DNA of 64,000 nt, from NCBI GenBank assembly GCA_016931935.1, contig JAFGDW010000160.1, forward strand, positions 2,918 through 66,917. Reading direction: 5' to 3'. The notes below the pieces were generated by a model. It was given only the letters and a program-made list of their open reading frames with translations, was not told the DNA's origin and searched no databases. Origin of the DNA: Candidatus Zhuqueibacterota bacterium (GTDB lineage: Bacteria; Zhuqueibacterota; Zhuqueibacteria; Thermofontimicrobiales; Thiofontviventaceae). Both the position numbers and the translations under genes were made by a program. Positions 42,515-51,932 of the stretch are shown one piece after another. Position 1 is the stretch's first letter. Every line of letters starts with the position of its first letter.

Positions 42515-42955
42515 ATGGTCGAAGGATTAGGTGATATGAGTCTGTCACTGGCGATTGCTGCCATTGGTTCAGCTTTGGGTACGGGCGTTGCTGGTATGGC
42601 CTCTGTGGGGGCCTGGAAGCGTGCGTTTATGGCGAACAAAGCCGCTCCATTTTTGCTGGTCGTATTTGTTGGTGCCCCATTATCACAGACAATTTATGGT
42701 ATGATTTTACGAAATGCAATTCAAGGCGCCAATTTAGACCCGAAAAGTTACGTTTACCAGATGATACTTGGCGGAATGGCCGGATTAGCAATGGGGTTGT
42801 CCGCTTATATGCAAGGCAAAGCTGGTGCCAAAGCCGCTGATGCTCTGGCTGAAACCGGAAAAGGATTTGGTAATTATATTATGGTCGTTGGTGTTATCGA
42901 AACCGTAGCACTGTTTGTGATGGTGTTTACAATGACTGCATTGCCAACTGCATAA
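42515..42955 (+). CDS. V-type ATP synthase subunit K (c, four-TM)
   Basis: GSALGTGVAG, GAPLSQTIYG, GVIETVALF; ATG 42515 after AAGGAG. Confidence 0.92.
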   Translation: MVEGLGDMSLSLAIAAIGSALGTGVAGMASVGAWKRAFMANKAAPFLLVVFVGAPLSQTIYGMILRNAIQGANLDPKSYVYQMILGGMAGLAMGLSAYMQGKAGAKAADALAETGKGFGNYIMVVGVIETVALFVMVFTMTALPTA

Positions 42956-42989
42956 CAAAATAGCAATATTATTTCAACAAGATTTGTGG

Positions 42990-43031
42990 AACACGCAGCG
43001 GACAGATGAATGTCCACTGCGTGTTTTTTTT
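42990..43031 (+). terminator. Intrinsic terminator of V-ATPase operon
   Basis: AACACGCAGCGGACA-gatgaa-TGTCCACTGCGTGTT followed by a T run. Confidence 0.8.
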
Positions 43032-43069
43032 GTTGGAGGAGGAGGTACTTGAAATTAATAACTGACGGA

Positions 43070-43240
43070 TTAACGAATAATTGTAGTTGTCATTGATAAA
43101 TCATTAGGAGTCATCTGCTTGTCCGTAGTATTGAGTAACGACCGTTGGCACCACATTGTCATTGCAAATGTCACGATAAGCATGACGATTATGACTTTTA
43201 AAATGAGACCAAAAAAAGTGTAAACAATTTTAGTAATCAC
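43070..43240 (-). CDS. Small single-TM hypothetical protein
   Basis: GTG at 43240 after AGGAGG, overlapping the upstream stop; hydrophobic FFGLILKVIIVMLIVTFAM. Confidence 0.45.
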   Translation of the reverse strand: MITKIVYTFFGLILKVIIVMLIVTFAMTMWCQRSLLNTTDKQMTPNDLSMTTTIIR

Positions 43241-43745
43241 CTGGCCTCCTATCTGCATATTTTAAATTTGGGGGCTGCTTTTTTTTGCCCTTAAATCCCC
43301 ATGCAAGCCCTATGATTGAAAAAAAACATGGAACACATCGAAACCGCTCCAGCAGAATTTTGAAAAAATCGAAAATCCGTTGCAAATTTTCTGAAGTAAA
43401 TAATGCGGCTGCAATTGTGCCTTTAAAGATCAAAACATCACATACAAATACTAAAATAATTACTATGATAATGACATGTTTTGTAATCCCTAAAAATCGA
43501 CCTATTAAAAAGCCGATAAATGTTGGAAGCAATATCAAAAGAAAGAATTTTCTCAAGAATTCAATATCATTTCTTGGAAGGATCTGTTGTGGCGTTTGAT
43601 CTTGAAAGGGTTGTTTATAAAAAATAAATAATGGAATTGTGGCAGTACATTGAAATACAATCACAGATGGAGCGCAATTAGACTGAGTTGGTGGATGAAT
43701 GGATGGTTGCACAAGAGCAACTATCAGCGAAATATATAAAAGCAT
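43230..43745 (-). CDS. Hypothetical multi-TM membrane protein (C-terminal part FUN14-like)
   Basis: ATG 43745 after GGAGG; TFIGFLIGRFLG..IIIVIILVFV..IGLAWGFK pattern recalls FUN14 family (unverified). Confidence 0.55.
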   Translation of the reverse strand: MLLYISLIVALVQPSIHPPTQSNCAPSVIVFQCTATIPLFIFYKQPFQDQTPQQILPRNDIEFLRKFFLLILLPTFIGFLIGRFLGITKHVIIIVIILVFVCDVLIFKGTIAAALFTSENLQRIFDFFKILLERFRCVPCFFSIIGLAWGFKGKKKQPPNLKYADRRPGDY

Positions 43746-43880
43746 GTTTACCTCCAAGAGTCTGTTGAATCATATTTGCCGAAGAATGTGCACGATTGCA
43801 GACCATCATGGAGCGCATGCGTGATGCTAAGAACAAAAAGCCGTAATTTTTGGCTTATTTGGCTCTCCAATTACAATATG

Positions 43881-43926
43881 TACAAAAAATGCACTTAACG
43901 CAATTATTGAAACGGTTAAAAACGGT
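43881..43926 (-). promoter_or_regulatory. Promoter with tandem direct-repeat operator, copy 1
   Basis: Minus strand: ACCGTT-ttta-ACCGTT-N7-TTGCGT-N17-CATATT. Confidence 0.65.
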
Positions 43927-44135
43927 TTAATTACTATTTAAGGATTGGATTATTTAACCTGGATTATTCCCGGTCTGTTCTCTTTAATGAAATTACTAAC
44001 CAGACTGGACAGATGTTATTTTAGCAAAATATTCTAATAGACATGAATCGTTAATTCGGATAATTTTGTGAAAAACGAAAGGTGAAACGCATTATGCAAA
44101 CACAGACAATAGAGTTACGTCTCACCTTTGTATAT

Positions 44136-45668
44136 TTAATTCAGGTTGGGGGATATTGAAACTTTGGCATTAAGCCAGTAGCCTTTTCCGCGACCTTGTA
44201 CCTGGGGAATTAGATCGGTTGCTTCGATTTTGTCCAGCTTGCGTCTGATTGAATAGATCCATGATCGGATATCGTCGCTTTGAAAATTGGGGAAGCGTTG
44301 TTTAATTTTGTTTAAAAATATGTCCCATTCAGGCTGCTGAATTTCGTTGTTTTGAAGCGATGATGACAAGCAGTTTGTTTGGTCAGGAAATTCAAGTTCA
44401 TTGTTCATGCCCAATGATACATTTTTAACGCTTTTATAAGCCATGTACAACAATGCCATTTTTTCCTTCCAATCCATAAGTAAGGCGGGCAATCGTTGCT
44501 GATTATTAAATATATCAATTTCAATGCTGCCAGCATCCAGGAATGATTTCAGGAATAATTGTTCCGCTGATGTTGAACCAATGGTATCACCCGGTGATGT
44601 ATGGTAAATATGAATATGATAGCGAGACGCGTTTTCATGTTCATAAGTTGGGGGTTCTTTTTCGAGCAAAGTTTGTGAAAGATAGTCCTGATAAAGTTTG
44701 CTACGGAATGTGCAGTGACCATTGCTTTCACAAATAGGACCCGCACCGGTAATGGAAAATGTATCATAAGGCAGAAAGTTGATACGTTCACCATGAAGCA
44801 TTCTTAAGATAATCTTCTTCAATTCAGGCTGATCTTTCAACTCGGCAGCTAGTGTATCGATATTGGTACTGTTCTGATAGAGCTTGTAAATTGAATATTC
44901 GACATCTTGGTCTGTTAATTGTTTTTGTGTTTGCATGCCTGCATCGTACAAAATTGAACACAACTGTTGTAATAATTGGGGATGGCCGCTTGTTTTAAAA
45001 TAAATCAATTCCAAAATCCCGGTATCGGCGAAGGGCGTTAAATGGTGCATAATAGCTTGTGCTTGCGCAAAAGTAAAATTTGTTAATTGCAGCTTTTGGG
45101 CAATATTAAAAGGAGATGTTGGACCAAGTGTAAGTTCCACAAGATTGGCAGAACAAGCGACGATCACGCTAAATTTATTTAGCACGGGTTCCATCAGTCG
45201 TTCATTAAAAATATTTCGCCAAATAGTGAGAAATGACTGTGCCAAAGGTGCATGTTCTATTTCGTCTATAAAGAAAATCAATTTGGAAGGAAGATCAGCC
45301 GCTAACGTTTTCAGGTAGTTAACAAAATCAATTTCAGGGCCAAAGTGAGTCGAAGTAATTGTATCGCTATCGATTTTGATCCCGGTAAGTAGATCGCGAA
45401 GCTTGTTGTTGACCAGACTAAAGAACTTAACAGGATCATCGGGCATATTACTCATATAAAGATAAATGTTTGGGATATCCCCCAATTCCATATGTAATTG
45501 TTGGATAAAAGTCGTTTTCCCAATTTGACGTGGGCCAAGAATTGCCCAGTAATCGCCACGAAAAATACCGGTTATTACCTCATCAAGCTGTTCGCGCCGT
45601 TTAACCAAAACAGATGAATTAATAACAGGATTTAATGGCCCGAGAAATTTATATGGATTTTCGGGCAT
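44136..45668 (-). CDS. AAA_35/STAND-like NTPase with C-terminal OmpR-like winged HTH (putative transcription regulator)
   Basis: NPY..GP, Walker A GPRQIGKTT, Walker B IFFIDEIE, SPFNIA, TSGHPQLLQQLC; C-terminal DDIRSWIYSIRRKL..IPQVQGRGKGYWL. ATG 45668 after GAGGAG overlaps the upstream stop. Confidence 0.78.
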   Translation of the reverse strand: MPENPYKFLGPLNPVINSSVLVKRREQLDEVITGIFRGDYWAILGPRQIGKTTFIQQLHMELGDIPNIYLYMSNMPDDPVKFFSLVNNKLRDLLTGIKIDSDTITSTHFGPEIDFVNYLKTLAADLPSKLIFFIDEIEHAPLAQSFLTIWRNIFNERLMEPVLNKFSVIVACSANLVELTLGPTSPFNIAQKLQLTNFTFAQAQAIMHHLTPFADTGILELIYFKTSGHPQLLQQLCSILYDAGMQTQKQLTDQDVEYSIYKLYQNSTNIDTLAAELKDQPELKKIILRMLHGERINFLPYDTFSITGAGPICESNGHCTFRSKLYQDYLSQTLLEKEPPTYEHENASRYHIHIYHTSPGDTIGSTSAEQLFLKSFLDAGSIEIDIFNNQQRLPALLMDWKEKMALLYMAYKSVKNVSLGMNNELEFPDQTNCLSSSLQNNEIQQPEWDIFLNKIKQRFPNFQSDDIRSWIYSIRRKLDKIEATDLIPQVQGRGKGYWLNAKVSISPNLN

Positions 45669-48453
45669 CTTCAATAGTCTCCTCGACAAAGTTTTCGATA
45701 TTATTCCGACGTTTTAAGATTTCCGGAAATACCGGAAGTGCGAATTGATATTTCCCACCTTGTTGTGGTATGAAAATATATCGTAGCATTAGATTACTTA
45801 AATGGGTGTTAAGCATAACGCTTGAAAGTTTAACATTGTGATTGGATAGCGTTGTTTTGAGATGATTTAAAGTAAATGTGCCGCCTTCTAAATGATGCTG
45901 GAGTGCAAAAACAACGATCAGGCGTTCAATTGGATGAATGTCATTAGTGAAGAACAGGTAAAAGTCATTAACCACATAATTTTCGTACTTAAAGGATTCA
46001 AAAAAATCATCAATATCTGTCTGGGCAATTATTCGCTTGGTTCCGTTTAATCGATTATTTTCAATTCTCTCAATTAAATTTTTACTAACATACTGAAGCA
46101 AATTGGGGTGGCAGGATGTTTTTTCCAAAATAGTGGCATGGCACAGGGGACTTTCATAATGGATGCCCAGGTTTTCCATCGGCTGAGTAATTAGCGAAAG
46201 CGCATCTTCCTCCTTCAGTTTTTCAAGTTCTATTACTTCACAAAAATTATATAAGGGCGAACGAATACTCCTACTGCTCTTAAATAACTCCTCAAAGCCG
46301 GAGAAGATTACCTGACACAACTCTTCCTGATACATTGATCGAAATGTTTCAATTAAATTGTAATTATTCGCACTATCGTACATCAATAATTTATCGATTT
46401 CATCAATTAGCAAAACCGGTATTTTTTGTACACGCTTACGTAGCTCAACAATTATTGAGCGAAGGTCATTATCTTCATCCGTACCATCCATACACCAAAA
46501 GTGGTATTGTTTTAACTTACTCAACAGTGTATGAATAAAGGTATCATAATTCTGCTCGGCGGGCGATTCGATATCCAAATAAATTGGCAGCGAATTTGAT
46601 GGCATATTATCTTTGATCTTCAACAGCAGCGATGTTTTGCCAAGCTTACGTGCGCCGACAATTGCAAAATTGCGGGACTTCGACCGCAATATCCTGCCAA
46701 TTTCATCCTGACGGCCATAGAAAGTTGCTTTTACTGGTCCGTCTGTTTTATACGGTGAAATGATAGACGGTTTTACCTGTTTAAGTAATATTTCCTGTTT
46801 AAAGTACTGGATCGGTCGGGAAGAAACCGCAATGTTTTTAATATCGTTTTCTTCCAGCAGCACAATGCCTAGATACTTTTTATCGACAAGCCGGGAAATC
46901 TGGGATGACTTCCGCAAGCAGATCATCATTGATGGATTTGCCGGCTTGTCTTGTTTGAGAATCGCATCCTGAAAATAGTTGATATCAAGTTCGGATATAT
47001 CCATCCTTTTAGGAACAAATAACAGCACATTTTCCAAGCCATCAAGATCAAGGCTGCCCATATTTATCGTATAATAACTTTTTTTATCATCAGGTTCGTT
47101 TGTGATGATAAAATCGAGAATGTTACAAACAATTTTGACCAGACAATCGAGATCGTCCTGGTCAATCACTCCGTTATGCAATTTTTCCTGAAGTCCGCTC
47201 CAGCATTGTGCCAGACGTATAATTTGCTTAATATTATCAATTGGCCGGGGAATGACATTCCAGGGAATGATGTTGAGGATATTTTCTATTTGATGAAGCG
47301 GAACAGAGAAAGCAATCTTATCAAGATTTTCAGCGACAGTGCGTAACAGAGACCGACTGGCGGTGACCCACATTCCATATAATGGCACCTTGAACGGATT
47401 GCGTAGGAATAGCCTGTGATCGATTTTGTTGATATACCCATTTTCATATAATTGGACAAAAATCGAATTTAATTCTTCATCTGTAAATATTGCGTCAAGC
47501 AGCTTATGACCATTAAAAATATAATAATTTCCGAATTTTTGAGTTATCGCTTTATCCGATAGCGCGACGGCAACTATCCGGCTGCGATAATCAAGCCGTT
47601 GCCAGAAATGAAGAAAATCATCGCGTTTTCCTCTGATTAAATTATTCGCAACATGGAAAACATCTTCAGTATGACATTCAACTCGATTCACTCGCGAAAG
47701 ATAATGACTAATCGATTCAATCAGCAACTGCTGACAATATAGATTGCCGCCAGTTATTTTGAAAATTTCCTGCTGCGCGGTCGCATCGCATTCAATACAA
47801 TGTTTTTCAAGCTCACGTTGCATGCTTTCAAACGATGGTGTTTCCAAAAACATATTTAAATCAATTCGAGATGCCGAATTAACAAGTTCACTCATAACTG
47901 ATTTATTCATCATCATGTACACATTTTGGTTTCCAGCCAGAATTAAGCGAAACTTATCTTGTTTCGTTAATAGGTAGTGAAAAAACTGAAAAATATGTTC
48001 GAGTGTTTCGTTATCAATTACATCATGCAGGAAGTGGATTTCATCATACATAAGCAGTAAAATTACATTTTCATCAGTTTTTTCTGCTATATCGTCCATA
48101 AAAAGTGTGAGTTCATCTTCTGCAATACTTAATCGCAGTGACAAATCCGATGTAAGCAAATTAATTCCCGAATTGAGCAGTGCCGTTCGGAGAGCCCGAT
48201 ATGTATTAAGGAAAAAAGCACCAGGTTCGATTTCCCTGGTATCGATATAAGCCGAGATGTAGTTTGGTCCGGGAATATCATGGTCATCTATAATTCGTGT
48301 AAGCGTACTTGTTTTGCCGGCGCCCATTACGCCTTGAATAATAATGAGTTTTGTGATTGGCGCTACTTCGAACTCATGTTTTATTTTTTCAACAATTTCC
48401 TGGGAATAAATGTAATCGCGATTCGAATGTATGGACGACGAAGGTAACGTCAT
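45649..48453 (-). CDS. Protein with two tandem STAND-like (AAA_16/ATPase_2-type) NTPase modules
   Basis: Module 1: GVMGAGKTS, LLMYDEIH, TGGNLYCQQL. Module 2: SPY..GP..FYGRQDEI, GARKLGKTSLL, LLIDEID, TSCHPNLLQ. ATG 48453 after GAGGAG (alternative 48510). Confidence 0.8.
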   Translation of the reverse strand: MTLPSSSIHSNRDYIYSQEIVEKIKHEFEVAPITKLIIIQGVMGAGKTSTLTRIIDDHDIPGPNYISAYIDTREIEPGAFFLNTYRALRTALLNSGINLLTSDLSLRLSIAEDELTLFMDDIAEKTDENVILLLMYDEIHFLHDVIDNETLEHIFQFFHYLLTKQDKFRLILAGNQNVYMMMNKSVMSELVNSASRIDLNMFLETPSFESMQRELEKHCIECDATAQQEIFKITGGNLYCQQLLIESISHYLSRVNRVECHTEDVFHVANNLIRGKRDDFLHFWQRLDYRSRIVAVALSDKAITQKFGNYYIFNGHKLLDAIFTDEELNSIFVQLYENGYINKIDHRLFLRNPFKVPLYGMWVTASRSLLRTVAENLDKIAFSVPLHQIENILNIIPWNVIPRPIDNIKQIIRLAQCWSGLQEKLHNGVIDQDDLDCLVKIVCNILDFIITNEPDDKKSYYTINMGSLDLDGLENVLLFVPKRMDISELDINYFQDAILKQDKPANPSMMICLRKSSQISRLVDKKYLGIVLLEENDIKNIAVSSRPIQYFKQEILLKQVKPSIISPYKTDGPVKATFYGRQDEIGRILRSKSRNFAIVGARKLGKTSLLLKIKDNMPSNSLPIYLDIESPAEQNYDTFIHTLLSKLKQYHFWCMDGTDEDNDLRSIIVELRKRVQKIPVLLIDEIDKLLMYDSANNYNLIETFRSMYQEELCQVIFSGFEELFKSSRSIRSPLYNFCEVIELEKLKEEDALSLITQPMENLGIHYESPLCHATILEKTSCHPNLLQYVSKNLIERIENNRLNGTKRIIAQTDIDDFFESFKYENYVVNDFYLFFTNDIHPIERLIVVFALQHHLEGGTFTLNHLKTTLSNHNVKLSSVMLNTHLSNLMLRYIFIPQQGGKYQFALPVFPEILKRRNNIENFVEETIEDARKSI

Positions 48454-48542
48454 GGTTTGCTCCTCTTCAAGAAATGAAGATGAATTTGGTGTTAAATTAC
48501 CATAATTCATATGCTCTATACCTTGTCTTAAAATCGATAAAA

Positions 48543-49460
48543 TTACTGCAGCTGCAGCCCAAAGGATTTTGGAACTTGTTTGAACCCAGTTACAGATGAT
48601 TGGTTTGATTGAAAATACCGCTTGAGTGAAATTCTTTTTTCCTCCGTGATGCACTCAAACGAAGTCTCTGTTTTGTTATTGGCATAACAATACAGATCAT
48701 ATAAAATCGATCGGTAGGTTTTTCGGGTAAGTGCATAAATACTGGGCGCGGTGAGATAGTAAGGTTGTGTTTTATTATCACAGATGAGCGGGGGAAGTGC
48801 ACCAAGTCCCGAAGTATGATTTGAAGAAATAAAAAAATCGGCAGTTGCGATAGGCACGCCATAATAAAATTCAATAAGCTCCGATATAGATGGATGATGT
48901 CCCTTAAGATGATAAAAATTTGCAATTCGTGATATCAGATGTTCCCACGAAGAATCTATTCCAAATAATAGTGTATGTTTTACGTGATGGCGGGTCGATG
49001 ACTCTATATTATATATGAGATTTTTCAAATTGTCTTCGTGTAACCTGGACAAGCTGTCGATATTGCCATAAAATAGGACGCGCACCTCGTAAGCTTCTAA
49101 AAATCTTAGCCATAATGGTGAACTGAGAAGTAATTCCAGGCCGCGTTGCAATACCTGCTTTCGATATTGTTCGTCTCGTTTCAGGATTTTGGAGCTAATA
49201 AGGGGGACAAGGCAGGTATGCAGATTGTGATTAAATAATATATGAAGGTTAAAACGAAGTAGTGTGGATATTATTTGGACAAGTCGGTTGTAATAACCAA
49301 TGGATTTCAGGTTAAGATCAGACATTGCCAAAGCCAGACGACGGGTTCCGTTTGGGACAAATACGCCAATTTGGGGAAGCAAGGCCGAAGGAACATAGTG
49401 AAGTAAATCCTGTGTCGATAATGTCTGAAATTGATGACTGGTTAAAATTTTGGCCATCAC
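48543..49460 (-). CDS. Rv3378c-like (tuberculosinyl transferase / diterpene synthase, cis-prenyltransferase fold) protein
   Basis: Colinear match to recalled Rv3378c motifs: VFVPNGTRR (VFPFDGTRR), KRDEQY (DRGDRY), EVRVLFYG (EVHVLFYG), YYG..ADFFIS (YYG..ADMFIG), YYLTAPS..RSILYD (YFTVAPS..RRILYD); similar length. Confidence 0.8.
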   Translation of the reverse strand: MMAKILTSHQFQTLSTQDLLHYVPSALLPQIGVFVPNGTRRLALAMSDLNLKSIGYYNRLVQIISTLLRFNLHILFNHNLHTCLVPLISSKILKRDEQYRKQVLQRGLELLLSSPLWLRFLEAYEVRVLFYGNIDSLSRLHEDNLKNLIYNIESSTRHHVKHTLLFGIDSSWEHLISRIANFYHLKGHHPSISELIEFYYGVPIATADFFISSNHTSGLGALPPLICDNKTQPYYLTAPSIYALTRKTYRSILYDLYCYANNKTETSFECITEEKRISLKRYFQSNQSSVTGFKQVPKSFGLQLQ

Positions 49461-49513
49461 ATACCGAATTTAAAAGGTTAGTATTTTAAATTTCGTTATA
49501 TTTCAATATATGT

Positions 49514-49564
49514 AATATAATTTATAAAGGTAAAAAAGCAAGTTTAAAAACGGTTTTTAACGGT
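49514..49564 (-). promoter_or_regulatory. Promoter with tandem direct-repeat operator, copy 2
   Basis: Minus strand: ACCGTT-aaaa-ACCGTT-N7-TTGCTT-N16-TATATT; same geometry as 43881-43926. Confidence 0.65.
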
Positions 49565-49638
49565 AAAATTTAAAAATTTATAGCATGGCCGGAAATATGA
49601 CAATTGTGAAAATATTCTTTTAAGGGTCGAGAAAAAAC

Positions 49639-49667
49639 TTGACTTTTTTGTTTAATTCCGTTAAATT
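49639..49667 (+). promoter_or_regulatory. Putative sigma70 promoter of accBC
   Basis: TTGACT-N17-TAAATT. Confidence 0.5.
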
Positions 49668-49741
49668 GGTAAACTCTATTCAAAGCGACGCGTAGTGTGA
49701 AGGGATGGAGGAAAAATTAGAAGAAATCTGTGGAGCTGATT

Positions 49742-50221
49742 ATGAATCCTAAAGAAATTCAGAAACTTATCGAACTGGTTGAAAAAAGCAGCGTAAATGA
49801 ATTGGAAGTGAATCGTTGGGGCAGAAAGGTCATTATTCGGAAACAATCCGGTAATCATGCAATGGTATCAATCCCTAATGAACAAGTATTTTACGCTTCC
49901 AATCCTGCTGCTCCGGTTCAACCTGCCGCTGCACCAGCGCCGCAACCTGCCGCACCTGCCCCAACACCTGCAAAAGATTATTTAGTTGAAGTTCGCTCAC
50001 CAATGGTCGGCACGCTTTATCGTGCTCCGGCGCCCGACGCTGCTCCATATGTTAAAGAAGGTGATAAAGTGAACAAAGGCCAGGTGCTCTGCATTATCGA
50101 AGCGATGAAACTCATGAATGAAATTGAAGCTGAATTTCCATTTAAAATTGTGGAAATTTTAGTAGAAAATGGTCAACCGGTTGAATACGATCAGCCACTT
50201 TTCAAAGTTGAAAAAGCCTAG
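49742..50221 (+). CDS. accB: Acetyl-CoA carboxylase biotin carboxyl carrier protein
   Basis: Ala/Pro linker, [21 protein letters not shown] biotinylation motif. Confidence 0.95.
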   Translation: MNPKEIQKLIELVEKSSVNELEVNRWGRKVIIRKQSGNHAMVSIPNEQVFYASNPAAPVQPAAAPAPQPAAPAPTPAKDYLVEVRSPMVGTLYRAPAPDAAPYVKEGDKVNKGQVLCIIEAMKLMNEIEAEFPFKIVEILVENGQPVEYDQPLFKVEKA

Positions 50222-50328
50222 CAGATCAATTTTCTCAGAATCTGATTATTGCAGTTGTGCCATTGTAATCATGAATGTTGAATCGATTGCTACTGATGTC
50301 CCGATAATTGAAAATAAAGGAAGCAAAT

Positions 50329-51675
50329 TTGTTCAAGAAAATATTAATTGCAAACCGCGGAGAGATTGCGCTGCGTATTATTCGCGCATGTAAAGAACTT
50401 GGCATTTCAACTGTTTCGGTCTATTCAAAAGCAGATGAAGATTCACTGCACGTTCGGTTTGCAGATGAGGTCGTATGTATCGGTCCCGGCCCCAGCCGTG
50501 AAAGTTATTTGAATATTCCTCGAATTATAAGCGCGGCCGAAATTACAAACGCTGAGGCAATTCATCCCGGCTATGGTTTTCTTGCGGAAAATGCCGAATT
50601 TGCAGAAATGTGTGAAGCCTCTGGCATTCGGTTTATCGGGCCATCTGCTGACATGATTTCGAACATGGGCGATAAAGCATTTGCCAAAGAAAAAATGCAG
50701 CAGGCCGGTGTGCCAACAATCCCTGGAAGTCGGGGAATTCTCAAGGGAGTGGAAAATGCCAAAAAAGTCGCTGAAGAAATTGGTTATCCAGTCATCCTGA
50801 AAGCAACCGCTGGCGGCGGTGGACGTGGTATGCGCATAGTTCGCGCTCCGGAAGAACTCGAAAAAGCCTATGCTACTGCCAGTGGGGAAGCAGCCGCTGG
50901 TTTCAATAATCCTGATTTGTACCTGGAAAAGTATTTCGAACAACCACGCCACATTGAAATTCAGATCATGGGCGATTCCAAAGGCAATGTAATTGCACTT
51001 GGCGAACGTGAATGTTCCATTCAACGTAAACATCAGAAATTGATTGAAGAATCACCCTCACCGGCTGTTTCGCAAGAACTGCGTGAACGATTTATTGAAG
51101 CAGCGGTAAAAGGTGCCAAGCTGGTGAACTATCAAAGTGCAGGCACGATTGAATTTTTGCTGGATGGTGAAAAATTCTATTTTATGGAAATGAATACCCG
51201 GATTCAGGTAGAACATCCGGTAACCGAATATGTGATTGGTGTGGATTTATTGAAGGAACAAATTCGTATCGCTGCCGGACATGAAATTTCGTGCTCGAGT
51301 GCATATAAAATTCGCGGTCACTCAATCGAGTGTCGAATAAACGCTGAAGATCCGGACAATGGATTTCGACCAAGTCCGGGCCGGATTACTAATTTCCATG
51401 TACCTGGCGGACCGGGAGTACGCGTGGACACGCATGTCTATGACCAATATAATATCCCGTCATTCTACGATTCGTTAATTGCTAAATTAATTACTCACGG
51501 CAACACTCGTGATGAAGCTATTCGCCGTATGATTCGCAGTCTGGAAGAATTTGTCATTGAGGGGATAAAAACCACGATTCCGTTTCAATTAAAAGTATTG
51601 AATGATCCGGATTTTCAGTCAGGCAACTTCAATACAAAATACCTCGAACACTTTTTAGCAAAAAATAATTCGTAA
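50329..51675 (+). CDS. accC: Acetyl-CoA carboxylase biotin carboxylase subunit
   Basis: [44 protein letters not shown]; TTG start after AAGGAAG. Confidence 0.96.
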   Translation: MFKKILIANRGEIALRIIRACKELGISTVSVYSKADEDSLHVRFADEVVCIGPGPSRESYLNIPRIISAAEITNAEAIHPGYGFLAENAEFAEMCEASGIRFIGPSADMISNMGDKAFAKEKMQQAGVPTIPGSRGILKGVENAKKVAEEIGYPVILKATAGGGGRGMRIVRAPEELEKAYATASGEAAAGFNNPDLYLEKYFEQPRHIEIQIMGDSKGNVIALGERECSIQRKHQKLIEESPSPAVSQELRERFIEAAVKGAKLVNYQSAGTIEFLLDGEKFYFMEMNTRIQVEHPVTEYVIGVDLLKEQIRIAAGHEISCSSAYKIRGHSIECRINAEDPDNGFRPSPGRITNFHVPGGPGVRVDTHVYDQYNIPSFYDSLIAKLITHGNTRDEAIRRMIRSLEEFVIEGIKTTIPFQLKVLNDPDFQSGNFNTKYLEHFLAKNNS

Positions 51676-51676
51676 C

Positions 51677-51710
51677 GACGTGAGACGTCAAACGTGAAAC
51701 GTGAGACGAA
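51677..51710. repeat. Short heptamer tandem repeat after accC
   Basis: ACGTGAG-ACGTCAA-ACGTGAA-ACGTGAG-ACG. Confidence 0.55.
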
Positions 51711-51932
51711 GAAGAAAGACACAAAATATTCTAATACATTTTTATTGTCTAATGGCTGCATAGTATCATTAATATATCTAAATTAATGATTACTGACCAT
51801 GCTTCAACCACAATAACAGTTCAAAATTGATCAGTAAGCAAACGAATGTATCGATGTAATATATAATATTTAATCGTTAATAAATTGTTGTTTAGGTGAA
51901 AAACAGATCATCATTTTAGAAGGAGAGCTAAT

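Noticed and set aside
35843-42955. V-ATPase operon lacking F and G subunits as a novelty
   Set aside because: The E-C-A-B-D-I-K order is the known Bacteroides/Chlamydia/spirochaete-type arrangement.
48454-48654. N-terminal extension of the 1001-aa ORF overlapping the Rv3378c-like gene
   Set aside because: A strong GAGGAG RBS precedes ATG 48453; the 112-nt overlap is probably an ORF-caller artefact.
43032-49600. STAND locus as a mobile island or an Avs-type defence system
   Set aside because: No integrase, att repeats or tRNA were seen, and there are no TPR sensor or nuclease/TIR/SIR2 effector domains. Defence remains possible but is not supported directly.
38892-51033. Long antisense ORFs (38892-39437, 40318-40860, 50443-51033)
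   Set aside because: They lie opposite highly conserved genes and have no recognisable motifs.
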